Of a DNA stretch of 64,000 bases, positions 27,901 through 42,805 are shown piece by piece (position 1 is the first letter of the stretch; every line of letters starts with the position of its first letter). The position numbers were made by a program, and so were the translations under genes. The DNA comes from Eledone cirrhosa (Eukaryota). The DNA is taken from NCBI GenBank assembly GCA_964016885.1, contig CAXHJY010000931.1:55600-119599 (forward strand), in the 5' to 3' direction. A model generated the notes under the pieces. That model searched no databases. It was not told the DNA's origin and saw nothing but the letters and a program-made list of their open reading frames with translations.

Positions 27901-30900
27901 TATACTATATAATGCACTTGCTATACTATATAATTCACTTGCTATACTATACAATGCATTTGCTATACTATATAATGCACTTGCTATACTATATAATGCA
28001 CTTGCTATACTATATAATGTACTTGCTATACTGTATAATGTACTTGCTACAATATATAATTTACTTGCTATACTATATAATGTACTTGCTATACTATATA
28101 ATGTACTTGCTATACTGTATAATGTACTTGCTATACTATATAATGCACTTGCTATACTATATAATGCACTTGCTATACTATATAATGTACTTGCTATACT
28201 ATATAATGTACTTGCTACACTATATAATATACTTGCTATACTATATAATGTACTTGCTATACTGTATAATGTACTTGCTATACTATATAATGCACTTGCT
28301 ATACTATATAATGCACTTGCTATACTATATAATGCACTTGCTATACTATATAATGCACTTGCTATACTATATAATGTACTGGCTATACTGTATAATGTAC
28401 TTGCTATACTATATAATATACTTGCCATACTATATAATGTACTTGCTATACTATATAATGTACTTGCTACACTATATAATGTACTTGTTATACTGTATAA
28501 TATACTTGCTATACTATATAATGTACTTGCTATACTATATAATGTACTTGCTACACTATATAATGTACTTGTTATACTATATAATGTACTTGCTATACTA
28601 TATAATGTACTTGCTATACTATATAATGTACTTGCTATACTATATAATGTACTTGCTACACTATATAATGTACTTGCTATACTGTATAATGTACTTGCTA
28701 TACTATATAATGTACTTGCTATACTGCATAATGTACTTGCTATACTATATAATGTACTTGCTATACTATATAATATACTTGCTACACTATATAATGTACT
28801 TGCTATACTGTATAATATACTTGCTATACTATATAATGTACTTGCTACACTATATAATGTACTTGCTATACTATATAATGTACTTGCTATACTGTATAAT
28901 GTACTTGCTATACTATATAATGTACTTGCTATACTATATAATGTACTTGCTACACTATATAATGCACTTGCTATACTGTATAATATACTTGCTATACAAT
29001 ATAATGTACTGGCTATACTATATAATGTACTTGCTACACTATATAATGTACTTGCTATACTATATAATGTACTTGCTATACTATATAATGTACTTGCTAT
29101 ACTGTATAATGTACTTGCTATACTATATAATGCACTTGCTATACTATATAATGCACTTGCTATACTATATAATGTACTTGCTATACTATATAATGTACTT
29201 GCTATACTATATAATGCCCTTGCTACACTATATAATGCACTTGCTATACTGTATAATATACTTGCTATACTATATAATGTACTTGCTATACTATATAATG
29301 TACTTGCTATACTATATAATGTACTTGCTATACTATATAATATACTTGCTATACTATATAATGTACTTGCTATACTATATAATGCACTTGCTATACTATA
29401 TAATGTACTTGCTATACTATATAATGTACTTGCTATACTGTATAATGTACTTGCTATACTATATAATGCACTTGCTATACTATATAATATACTTGCTATA
29501 CCATATAATGCACTTGCTATACTATATAATGCACTTGCTATACTATATAATGCACTTTCTATACTATGTAATATACTTGCTATACTATATAATGTACTTG
29601 CTATACTATATAATGTACTTGCTATACTATATAATGTACTTGCTACACTATATAATATACTTGCTATACTATATAATGCACTTGCTATACTATATAATGC
29701 ACTTGCTATACTATATAATGTACTTGCTATACTGTATAATGTACTTGCTATACTATATAATGCACTTGCTATACTATATAATGCACTTGCTATACTATAT
29801 AATGTACTTGCTATACTATATAATTTACTTGCTATACTATATAATGCACTTGCTACACTATATAATGCACTTGCTATACTGTATAATATACTTGCTATAC
29901 TATATAATGTACTTGCTATACTATATAATGTACTTGCTACACTATATAATATACTTGCTATACTATATAATGTACTTGCTATACTATATAATGTACTTGC
30001 TTTACTATATAATGTACTTGCTATACTATATAATGTACTTGCTATACTATATAATGCACTTGCAATACTGTATAATATACTTGCTATACTATATAATATA
30101 CTTGCTATACTATATAATGCACTTGCTACACTGTATAATGCACTTGCTATACTGTATAATATACTTGCTATACTATATAATGTACTTGCTACCCTATATA
30201 ATATACTTGCTATAATATATAATGCACTTGCTATACTATATAATGCACTTGCTATACTGTATAATGCACTTGCTATACTGTATGATATACTTGCTATACT
30301 ATATAATGTACTTGCTATACTATATAGTGTACTTGCTATACTGTATAATGTACTTGCTATACTGTATAATGTACTTGCTATACTATATAATGTACTTGCT
30401 ATACAGTATAATGTACTTGCTATACTATATAATGTACTTGCTACACTATATAATGTACTTGCTATACTATATAATGTACTTGCTATACTATATAATGTAC
30501 TTGCTATACTGTATAATGTACTTGCTATACTATATAATGCACTTGCTATACTATATAATGCACTTGCTACACTATATAATGCACTTGCTATACTGTATAA
30601 TATACTTGCTATACTATATAATGTACTTGCTATACTATATAATGTACTTGCTACACTATATAATATACTTGCTATACTATATAATGTACTTGCTATACTA
30701 TATAATGTACTTGCTACACTATATAATGTACTTGCTATACTATATAATGTACTTGCTATACTATATAATGCACTTGCTATACTGTATAATATACTTGCTA
30801 TACTATATAATATACTTGCTATACTATATAATGCACTTGCTATACTATATAATGCACTTGCTATACTATATAATGCACTTGCTATACTATACAATGCATT

Positions 30901-33900
30901 TGCTATACTATATAATGCACTTGCTATACTATATAATGCACTTGCTATACTATATAATGTACTTGCTATACTGTATAATGTACTTGCTACACTATATAAT
31001 TTACTTGCTATACTATATAATGTACTTGCTACACTATATAATTTACTTGCTATACTGTATAATGTACTTGCTATACTATATAATGCACTTGCTATACTAT
31101 ATAATGCACTTGCTATACTATATAATGTACTTGCTATACTATATAATGTACTTGCTACACTATATAATATACTTGCTATACTATATAATGTACTTGCTAT
31201 ACTGTATAATGTACTTGCTATACTATATAATGCACTTGCTATACTATATAATGCACTTGCTATACTATATAATGCACTTGCTATACTATATAATGCACTT
31301 GCTATACTATATAATGCACTTGCTATACTATATGATGCCCTTGCTATACTATATAATGCACTTGCTATACTATATAATTCTCTTGCTATACTATATATTG
31401 CACTTGCTATACTATATAATGTACTTTCTATACTGTATAATGTACTTGCTACACTATATAATATACTTGCTATACTATATAATGTACTTGCTATACTATA
31501 TAATGTACTTGCTATACTATATAATGCACTTGCTATACTGTATAATATACTTGCTATACTATATAATATACTTGCTATACTATATAATGTACTTGCTATA
31601 CTATATAATGCACTTGCTATACTATATAATGCACTTGCTATACTATATAATGCGCTTGCTATACTATATAAAGCACTTGCTATACTATATAATGCACTTG
31701 CTATACTATATAATGTACTTGCTATACTGTATAATGTATTTGCTACACTATATAATATACTTACTATACTATATAATGTACTTGCTATACTATATAGTGT
31801 ACTTGCTATACTGTATAATTTACTTGCTACACTATATAATATACTTGCTATACTATATAATGTAATTGCTATACTATATAATGTACTTGCTACATTATAT
31901 AATATACTTGCTATACTATATAATGTACTTGCTATACTGTATAATGTACTTGCTACACTATATAATGTACTTGCTATACTATATAATGCACTTGCTATAC
32001 TATATAATGTACTTGCTACACTATATAATATACTTGCTATACAGTATAATGTACTTGCTATACTATATAAAGCACTTGCTATACTATATAATGTACTTGC
32101 TACACTATATAATGTACTTTCTATACTGTATAATGTACTTGCTATACTATATAAAGCACTTGCTAAACTATATAATGTACTTGCTATACTATATAATGTA
32201 CTTGATATACTATATAATTCACTTCCTATACCATATAATTCACTTCCTAAACCATATAATGTACTTGCTATACTATATAAAGCATTTGCTATACTATATA
32301 ATGCACTTGCTATACTATATAATGCACTTGCTATACTGTATAATGTACTTGCTATACTATATAAAGCACTTGCTATACTATATAATGTACTTGCTATACT
32401 ATATAATGTACTTGATATACTATATAATTCACTTCCTATACCATATAATTCACTTCCTATACCATATAATGTACTTGCTATACTATATAATATACTTGCT
32501 ATACTATATAATGTACTTGCTATACTATATAATGCACTTGCTATACTATATAATGTACTTGCTATACTGTATAATGTACTTGCTACACTATTTAATATAC
32601 TTGCTATACTATATAATGTACTTGCTATACTATATAATGTACTTGCTACACTATATAATATACTTGCTATACTATATAATGTACTTGCTATACTATATAA
32701 TGTACTTGCTATATTATATAATGCACATGCTATACTATATAATGCACTTGCTATACTGTATAATGTACTTGCTATACTGTATAATGTACTTGCTATAATA
32801 TATAATGTACTTGCTATACTATATAATGTACTTGCTACTCTATATAATGTACTTGCTATACTATATAATGTACTTGCTATACTATATAATGTACTTGCTA
32901 TACTACATAATGTACTTGCTATACTGTATAATGCACTTGCTATACTGTATAATGTACTTGCTATACTATATAATGTACTTGCTATACTATATAATGTACT
33001 TGCTACACTATATAATATACTTGCTATACTATATAATGTACTTGATATACTATATAATGTACTTGCTATACTATATAATGCACTTGCTATACTATATAAT
33101 GCACTTGCTATACTGTATAATGTACTTGCTATACTGTATAATGTACTTGCTATAATATATAATGTACTTGCTATACTATATAATGTACTTGATACACTAT
33201 ATAATGTACTTGCTATACTATATAATGTACTTGCTATACTATATAATGTACTTGCTATACTGTATAATGTACTTGCTACACTATATAATATACTTGCTAT
33301 ACTATATAATGTACTTGCTATACTATATAATGTACTTGCTATACTATATAATGTACTTGCTACACTATATAATATACTTGCTATACTATATAATGTACTT
33401 GCTATACTGTATAAGGCACTTGCTATACTATATAATGTACTTGCTATACTGTATAATGCACTTGCTATACTATATAATGTACTTGCTACACTATATAATA
33501 AACTTGCTATACTATATAATGTACTTGCTATACTGTATAAGGCACTTGCTACACTATATAATATACTTGCTATACTATATAATGTATTTGCCATACTGTA
33601 TAAGGCACTTGCTATACTATATAATGTACTTGCTATACTATATAATGTACTTGCTATACTATATAATGCTCTTGCTATACTATATATTGCACTTGCTATA
33701 CTATATAATGCATTTGCTATACTATATAATGCACTTGCTATACTATATAATGCACTTGCTATACTATATAATGTACTTGCTATACTGTATAATGTACTTG
33801 CTACACTATATAATGTACTTGCTATACTATATAATGTACTTGCTATACTATATAATGTACTTGCTATTCTGTATAATGTACTTGCTATACTATATAATGC

Positions 33901-36900
33901 ACTTGCTATACTATATAATGCACTTGCTATACTATATAATGTACTTGCGATACTATATAATGTACTTGCTACACTATATAATATACTTGCTATACTATAT
34001 AATGTACTTGCTATACTATATAATGTACTTGCTATACTGTATAATGTACTTGCTATACTATATAATGCACTTGCTATACTATATAATGCACTTGCTATAC
34101 TATATAATATACTTGCTATACTATATAATGCACTTGCTATACTATATAATGCACTTGCTATACTATATAATGCACTTGCTATACTATATAATGCACTTGC
34201 TATACTATATATTGCACTTGCTATACTATATAGTGTACTTTCTATACTGTATAATGTACCTCCTACACTATATAATATACTTGCTATACTATATAATGTA
34301 CTTGCTATACTATATAATGTTCTTGCTATACTGTATAATGCACTTGCTATACTGTATAATATACTTGCTATACTATATAATATACTTGCTAGACTATATA
34401 ATGCACTTGATATACTATATAATGTACTTACTATACTATATAATGTACTTGCTATACTATATAATGCACTTGCTATACTATATAATGCACTTGCTATACT
34501 ATATAATGCGCTTGCTATACTATATAATGCACTTGCTATACTATATAATGCACTTGCTATACTATATAATGCACTTGCTATACTATATAATGTACTTGCT
34601 ATACTGTATAATGTACTTGCTACACTATATAATATACTTACTATACTATATAATGTACTTGCTATACTATATAATGTACTTGCTATACTATATAATGTAC
34701 TTGCTATACTATATAATGTACTTGCTATACTGTATAATGTACTTGCTATACTATATAATGTACTTGCTTTACTGTATAATATACTTGCTATACAATATAA
34801 TGTACTTGCTATACTGTATAATGTACTTGCTATACTATATAATATACTTACTATACTATATAATGTACTTGCTACACTATATAATATAATTACTATACTA
34901 TATAATGTACTTGCTATACTGTATAATGTACTTGCTATACTATATAATGTACTTGCTATACTATATAATGTACTTGCTACACTATATAATTTACTTGCTA
35001 CACTATATAATATACTTGCTATACTATATAATGTACTTGCTATACTATATAATGTACTTGCTACACTATATAATATACTTGCTATACTATATAATGTACT
35101 TGCTATACTGTATAATGTACTTGCTACACTATATAATGTACTTGCTATACTATATAATGCACTTGCTATACTATATAATGTACTTGCTACACTATATAAT
35201 TCACTTCCTATACCATATAATTCACTTCCTATACCATATAATGTACTTGCTATACTATATAAAGCACTTGCTATACTATATAATGCACTTGCTATACTAT
35301 ATAATGCACTTGCTATACTATATAATGTACTTGCTATACTGTACAATGTACTTGCTACACTATATAATATACTTGCTATACTATATAATGTACTTGCTAT
35401 ACTATATAATGTACTTGCTACACTATATAATATACTTGCTATACTATATAATGTACTTGCTATACTATATAATGCACTTGCTATACTATATAATGCACTT
35501 GCTATACTGTATAATGTACTTGCTATACTGTATAATGTACTTGCTATACTGTATAATGTACTTGCTATACTATATAATGTACTTGCTATAGTATATAATG
35601 TACTTGCTACACTATATAATGTACTTGCTATACTATATAATGTACTTGCTATACTATATAATGTACTTGCTATACTATATAATGTACTTGCTATACTACA
35701 TAATGTACTTGCTATACTGTATAATGCACTTGCTATACTGTATAATGTACTTGCTATACTATATAATGTACTTGCTACACTATATAATATACTTGCTATA
35801 ATATATAATGTACTTGCTATACTGTATAATGCACTTGCTATACTATATAATGTACTTGCTACACTATATAATATACTTGCTATACTATATAATGTACTTG
35901 CTATACTATATAATATACTTGCTATACTATATAATGTACTTGCTATACTACATAATGTACTTGCTATACTGTATAATGCACTTGCTATACTGTATAATGT
36001 ACTTGCTATACTGTATAATGCACTTGCTATACTGTATAAGGCACTTGCTACACTATATAATATACTTGCTATACTATATAATGTACTTGCTATACTATAT
36101 AATGTACTTGCTATACTATATAATGTACTTGCTATACTATATAATGTACTTGCTATACTATATAAATCACTTGCTATACTATATAATGCACTTGCTATAC
36201 TATATAATGCACTTGCTATACTGTATAATGTACTTGCTATACTATATAAAGCACTTGCTATACTGTATAATGTACTTGCTATACTATATAATGTACTTGC
36301 TATACTATATAATGTACTTGCTACACTATATAATGCACTTGATATACTATATAATGTACTTACTATACTATATAATGTACTTGCTATACTATATAATGCA
36401 CTTGCTATACTATATAATGCACTTGCTATACTATATAATGCGCTTGCTATACTATATAATGCACTTGCTATACTATATAATGCACTTGCTATACTATATA
36501 ATGCACTTGCTATACTATATAATGTACTTGCTATACTGTATAATGTACTTGCTACACTATATAATATACTTACTATACTATATAATGTACTTGCTATACT
36601 ATATAATGTACTTGCTATACTATATAATGTACTTGCTATACTATATAATGTACTTGCTATACTGTATAATGTACTTGCTATACTATATAATGTACTTGCT
36701 ATACTGTATAATATACTTGCTATACAATATAATGTACTTGCTATACTGTATAATGTACTTGCTATACTATATAATATACTTACTATACTATATAATGTAC
36801 TTGCTACACTATATAATATAATTACTATACTATATAATGTACTTGCTATACTGTATAATGTACTTGCTATACTATATAATGTACTTGCTATAATATATAA

Positions 36901-39900
36901 TGTACTTGCTACACTATATAATTTACTTGCTACACTATATAATATACTTGCTATACTATATAATGTACTTGCTATACTATATAATGTACTTGCTACACTA
37001 TATAATATACTTGCTATACTATATAATGTACTTGCTATACTGTATAATGTACTTGCTACACTATATAATGTACTTGCTATACTATATAATGCACTTGCTA
37101 TACTATATAATGTACTTGCTACACTATATAATTCACTTCCTATACCATATAATTCACTTCCTATACCATATAATGTACTTGCTATACTATATAAAGCACT
37201 TGCTATACTATATAATGCACTTGCTATACTATATAATGCACTTGCTATACTATATAATGTACTTGCTATACTGTACAATGTACTTGCTACACTATATAAT
37301 ATACTTGCTATACTATATAATGTACTTGCTATACTATATAATGTACTTGCTACACTATATAATATACTTGCTATACTATATAATGTACTTGCTATACTAT
37401 ATAATGTACTTGCTATACTATATAATGCACTTGCTATACTATATAATGCACTTGCTATACTGTATAATGTACTTGCTATACTGTATAATATACTTGCTAT
37501 ACTATATAATATACTTGCTAGACTATATAATGCACTTGATATACTATATAATGTACTTACTATACTATATAATGTACTTGCTATACTATATAATGCACTT
37601 GCTATACTATATAATGCACTTGCTATACTATATAATGCGCTTGCTATACTATATAATGCACTTGCTATACTATATAATGCACTTGCTATACTATATAATG
37701 CACTTGCTATACTATATAATGTACTTGCTATACTGTATAATGTACTTGCTACACTATATAATATACTTACTATACTATATAATGTACTTGCTATACTATA
37801 TAATGTACTTGCTATACTATATAATGTACTTGCTATACTATATAATGTACTTGCTATACTGTATAATGTACTTGCTATACTATATAATGTACTTGCTATA
37901 CTGTATAATATACTTGCTATACAATATAATGTACTTGCTATACTGTATAATGTACTTGCTATACTATATAATATAATTACTATACTATATAATGTACTTG
38001 CTACACTATATAATATAATTACTATACTATATAATGTACTTGCTATACTGTATAATGTACTTGCTATACTATATAATGTACTTGCTATACTATATAATGT
38101 ACTTGCTACACTATATAATTTACTTGCTACACTATATAATATACTTGCTATACTATATAATGTACTTGCTATACTATATAATGTACTTGCTACACTATAT
38201 AATATACTTGCTATACTATATAATGTACTTGCTATACTGTATAATGTACTTGCTACACTATATAATGTACTTGCTATACTATATAATGCACTTGCTATAC
38301 TATATAATGTACTTGCTACACTATATAATTCACTTCCTATACCATATAATTCACTTCCTATACCATATAATGTACTTGCTATACTATATAAAGCACTTGC
38401 TATACTATATAATGCACTTGCTATACTATATAATGCACTTGCTATACTATATAATGTACTTGCTCTACTGTACAATGTACTTGCTACACTATATAATATA
38501 CTTGCTATACTATATAATGTACTTGCTATACTATATAATGTACATGCTACACTATATAATATACTTGCTATACTATATAATGTACTTGCTATACTATATA
38601 ATGTACTTGCTATACTATATAATGCACTTGCTATACTATATAATGCACTTGCTATACTGTATAATGTACTTGCTATACTGTATAATGTACTTGCTATACT
38701 GTATAATGTACTTGCTATACTATATAATGTACTTGCTATAGTATATAATGTACTTGCTACACTATATAATGTACTTGCTATACTATATAATGTACTTGCT
38801 ATACTATATAATGTACTTGCTATACTATATAATGTACTTGCTATACTACATAATGTACTTGCTATACTGTATAATGCACTTGCTATACTGTATAATGTAC
38901 TTGCTATACTATATAATGTACTTGCTACACTATATAATATACTTGCTATACTATATAATGTACTTGCTATACTGTATAATGCACTTGCTATACTATATAA
39001 TGTACTTGCTACACTATATAATATACTTGCTATACTATATAATGTACTTGCTATACTATATAATATACTTGCTATACTATATAATGTACTTGCTATACTA
39101 CATAATGTACTTGCTATACTGTATAATGCACTTGCTATACTGTATAATGTACTTGCTATACTGTATAATGCACTTGCTATACTGTATAAGGCACTTGCTA
39201 CACTATATAATATACTTGCTATACTATATAATGTACTTGCTATACTGTATAAGGCACTTGCTATACTATATAATGTACTTGCTATACTATATAATGTACT
39301 TGCTATACTATATAATGTACTTGCTATACTATATAATGTACTTGCTATACTATATAAATCACTTGCTATACTATATAATGCACTTGCTATACTATATAAT
39401 GCACTTGCTATACTGTATAATGTACTTGCTATACTATATAAAGCACTTGCTATACTGTATAGTGTACTTGCTATACTATATAATGTACTTGCTATACTAT
39501 ATAATGTACTTGCTACACTATATAATGCACTTGATATACTATATAATGTACTTACTATACTATATAATGTACTTGCTATACTATATAATGCACTTGCTAT
39601 ACTATATAATGCACTTGCTATACTATATAATGCGCTTGCTATACTATATAATGCACTTGCTATACTATATAATGCACTTGCTATACTATATAATGCACTT
39701 GCTATACTATATAATGTACTTGCTATACTGTATAATGTACTTGCTACACTATATAATATACTTACTATACTATATAATGTACTTGCTATACTATATAATG
39801 TACTTGCTATACTATATAATGTACTTGCTATACTATATAATGTACTTGCTATACTGTATAATGTACTTGCTATACTATATAATGTACTTGCTATACTGTA

Positions 39901-41793
39901 TAATATACTTGCTATACAATATAATGTACTTGCTATACTGTATAATGTACTTGCTATACTATATAATATACTTACTATACTATATAATGTACTTGCTACA
40001 CTATATAATATAATTACTATACTATATAATGTACTTGCTATACTGTATAATGTACTTGCTATACTATATAATGTACTTGCTATACTATATAATGTACTTG
40101 CTACACTATATAATTTACTTGCTACACTATATAATATACTTGCTATACTATATAATGTACTTGCTATACTATATAATGTACTTGCTACACTATATAATAT
40201 ACTTGCTATACTATATAATGTACTTGCTATACTGTATAATGTACTTGCTACACTATATAATGTACTTGCTATACTATATAATGCACTTGCTATACTATAT
40301 AATGTACTTGCTACACTATATAATTCACTTCCTATACCATATAATTCACTTCCTATACCATATAATGTACTTGCTATACTATATAAAGCACTTGCTATAC
40401 TATATAATGCACTTGCTATACTATATAATGCACTTGCTATACTATATAATGTACTTGCTATACTGTACAATGTACTTGCTACACTATATAATATACTTGC
40501 TATACTATATAATGTACTTGCTATACTATATAATGTACTTGCTACACTATATAATATACTTGCTATACTATATAATGTACTTGCTATACTATATAATGTA
40601 CTGGCTATACTATATAATGCACTTGCTATACTATATAATGCACTTGCTATACTGTATAATGTACTTGCTATACTGTATAATGTACTTGCTATACTGTATA
40701 ATGTACTTGCTATACTATATAATGTACTTGCTATAGTATATAATGTACTTGCTACACTATATAATGTACTTGCTATACTATATAATGTACTTGCTATACT
40801 ATATAATGTACTTGCTATACTATATAATGTACTTGCTATACTACATAATGTACTTGCTATACTGTATAATGCACTTGCTATACTGTATAATGTACTTGCT
40901 ATACTATATAATGTACTTGCTACACTATATAATATACTTGCTATACTATATAATGTACTTGCTATACTGTATAATGCACTTGCTATACTATATAATGTAC
41001 TTGCTACACTATATAATATACTTGCTATACTATATAATGTACTTGCTATACTATATAATATACTTGCTATACTATATAATGTACTTGCTATACTACATAA
41101 TGTACTTGCTATACTGTATAATGCACTTGCTATACTGTATAATGTACTTGCTATACTGTATAATGCACTTGCTATACTGTATAAGGCACTTGCTACACTA
41201 TATAATATACTTGCTATACTATATAATGTACTTGCTATACTGTATAAGGCACTTGCTATACTATATAATGTACTTGCTATACTATATAATGTACTTGCTA
41301 TACTATATAATGTACTTGCTATACTATATAATGTACTTGCTATACTATATAAATCACTTGCTATACTATATAATGCACTTGCTATACTATATAATGCACT
41401 TGCTATACTGTATAATGTACTTGCTATACTATATAAAGCACTTGCTATACTGTATAATGTACTTGCTATACTATATAATGTACTTGCTATACTATATAAT
41501 GTACTTGCTACACTATATAATATACTTGCTATACTATATAATGTACTTGCTATACTATATAATGTACTTGCTATACTATATAATGTACTTGCTATACTGT
41601 ATAATGCACTTGCTATACTGTATAATGTACTTGCTATACTGTATAATGTACTTGCTATACTATATAATGTACTTGCTACACTATATAATATACTTGCTAT
41701 ACTATATAATGTACTTGCTATACTATATAATGTACTTGCTATACTATATAATGTACTTGCTATACTATATAATTTACTTGCTATACTGTATAA
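12980..41793. repeat. 21-bp tandem satellite (AATGTACTTGCTATACTATAT), about 1,370 units with higher-order structure
   Basis: Strict 21-bp period. The ORF track shows 7-aa repeats on both strands. Diagnostic variants recur at exact multiples of 21. Confidence 0.99.
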
Positions 41794-42438
41794 TGAAACG
41801 TTATATAGTATATTGACAAGATACGGCTCTGTTAGTCTGGACTACATCATTTACAAATTGGTGGAGAATGGAGACATTAAAATGTCTTTGTCAAGGATAA
41901 ACAACTGTCAAAATATGAACAATCACTCCTTGTACTCGAACTCAGCGAACAACAGGCCAGGCGTGGCCCCTACTTTTACAACAGGGAGTAACTGGAGCAA
42001 AGGGATGAATTTGGATCAGGATTTCCGTATTGTATCCAGTTTCAGATTTATATTTATTTCTTTTACAGATACACGGCCTTTAATTTTGAATGGAGGGTAC
42101 GGTAGGTCCCTCATAGTATTAAATAGTTAATCAAACCCAAAAGGATAAGAGCCATATCGATATCCACAAGATTTGGTATTAGCGATGTCGAGTCAGACCA
42201 TTTTACTTTTAACTACGAAATGCGATAAATTATTTGTGCTTTCAAAGGGTAAGTATATATCTCTATAGCATTTATAGAGATCCTAGCCACCCATCTGTGT
42301 AACTGTTATTAACCAATAAAGACCTTAATGTAAAACCTCGCTTTGTTTTTAATATATACACTCTGCCTTAGCATAGAATGCTACCCTCCTCAGTAAACCA
42401 AGAATCTATTGAACCACCTATTATTATATATATATATA

Positions 42439-42627
42439 TAACAAAGGAATTGTGGTAAGGAACCAGATGGAGCAAAACGCACCAGAGTACTCAATACTTA
42501 GGGTAGTAGAGTGGGAAATAGGAAAAAGTATGACCCCGACGGCAGTGCTCAAGCCGTTTCGACGGCTAGTCCAGAAATAGCCGTCAAAACGGCTTGAGCT
42601 CTGCCGTCGGGGTCATACTTTTTCCTA
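42439..42627 (-). mobile_element. hairpin mini-element with ~50-bp inverted repeat (42519-42627), inserted in (TA)n
   Basis: TAGGAAAAAGTATGACCCCGACGGCAGTGCTCAAGCCGTTTCGACGGCTA, a 9-nt loop, then its near-exact reverse complement. Homologous to the 48832 family. Confidence 0.85.
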
Positions 42628-42637
42628 CATATATATA

Positions 42638-42727
42638 TAGTAATAATAATAAATTTGAAGACTAAAATCCAATTTTAGTCTTCAAATTCTTTGCGATTGT
42701 TTGCTTAAACTTTAATCTGTTATTTTA

Positions 42728-42735
<8 letters not shown>
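42638..42735. mobile_element. rearranged fold-back remnant of the terminal region of the Penelope-like element at 61.7 kb
   Basis: TAGTAATAATAATAAA.TTGAAGACTAAAATCCAA matches 61692. TTTGCTTAAACTTTAATCTGTTATTTTAATAAATAT is the reverse complement of ~61778-61813. Contains the palindrome AATTTGAAGACTAAAAT-CCA-ATTTTAGTCTTCAAATT. Confidence 0.8.
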
Positions 42736-42795
<60 letters not shown>

Positions 42796-42805
42796 GAGAG
42801 AGAGA

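Noticed and set aside
12981-41816. MYLLYYI and ILYNVLA repeat ORFs on the plus strand
   Set aside because: Satellite translations interrupted by sporadic stops, with implausibly hydrophobic composition.
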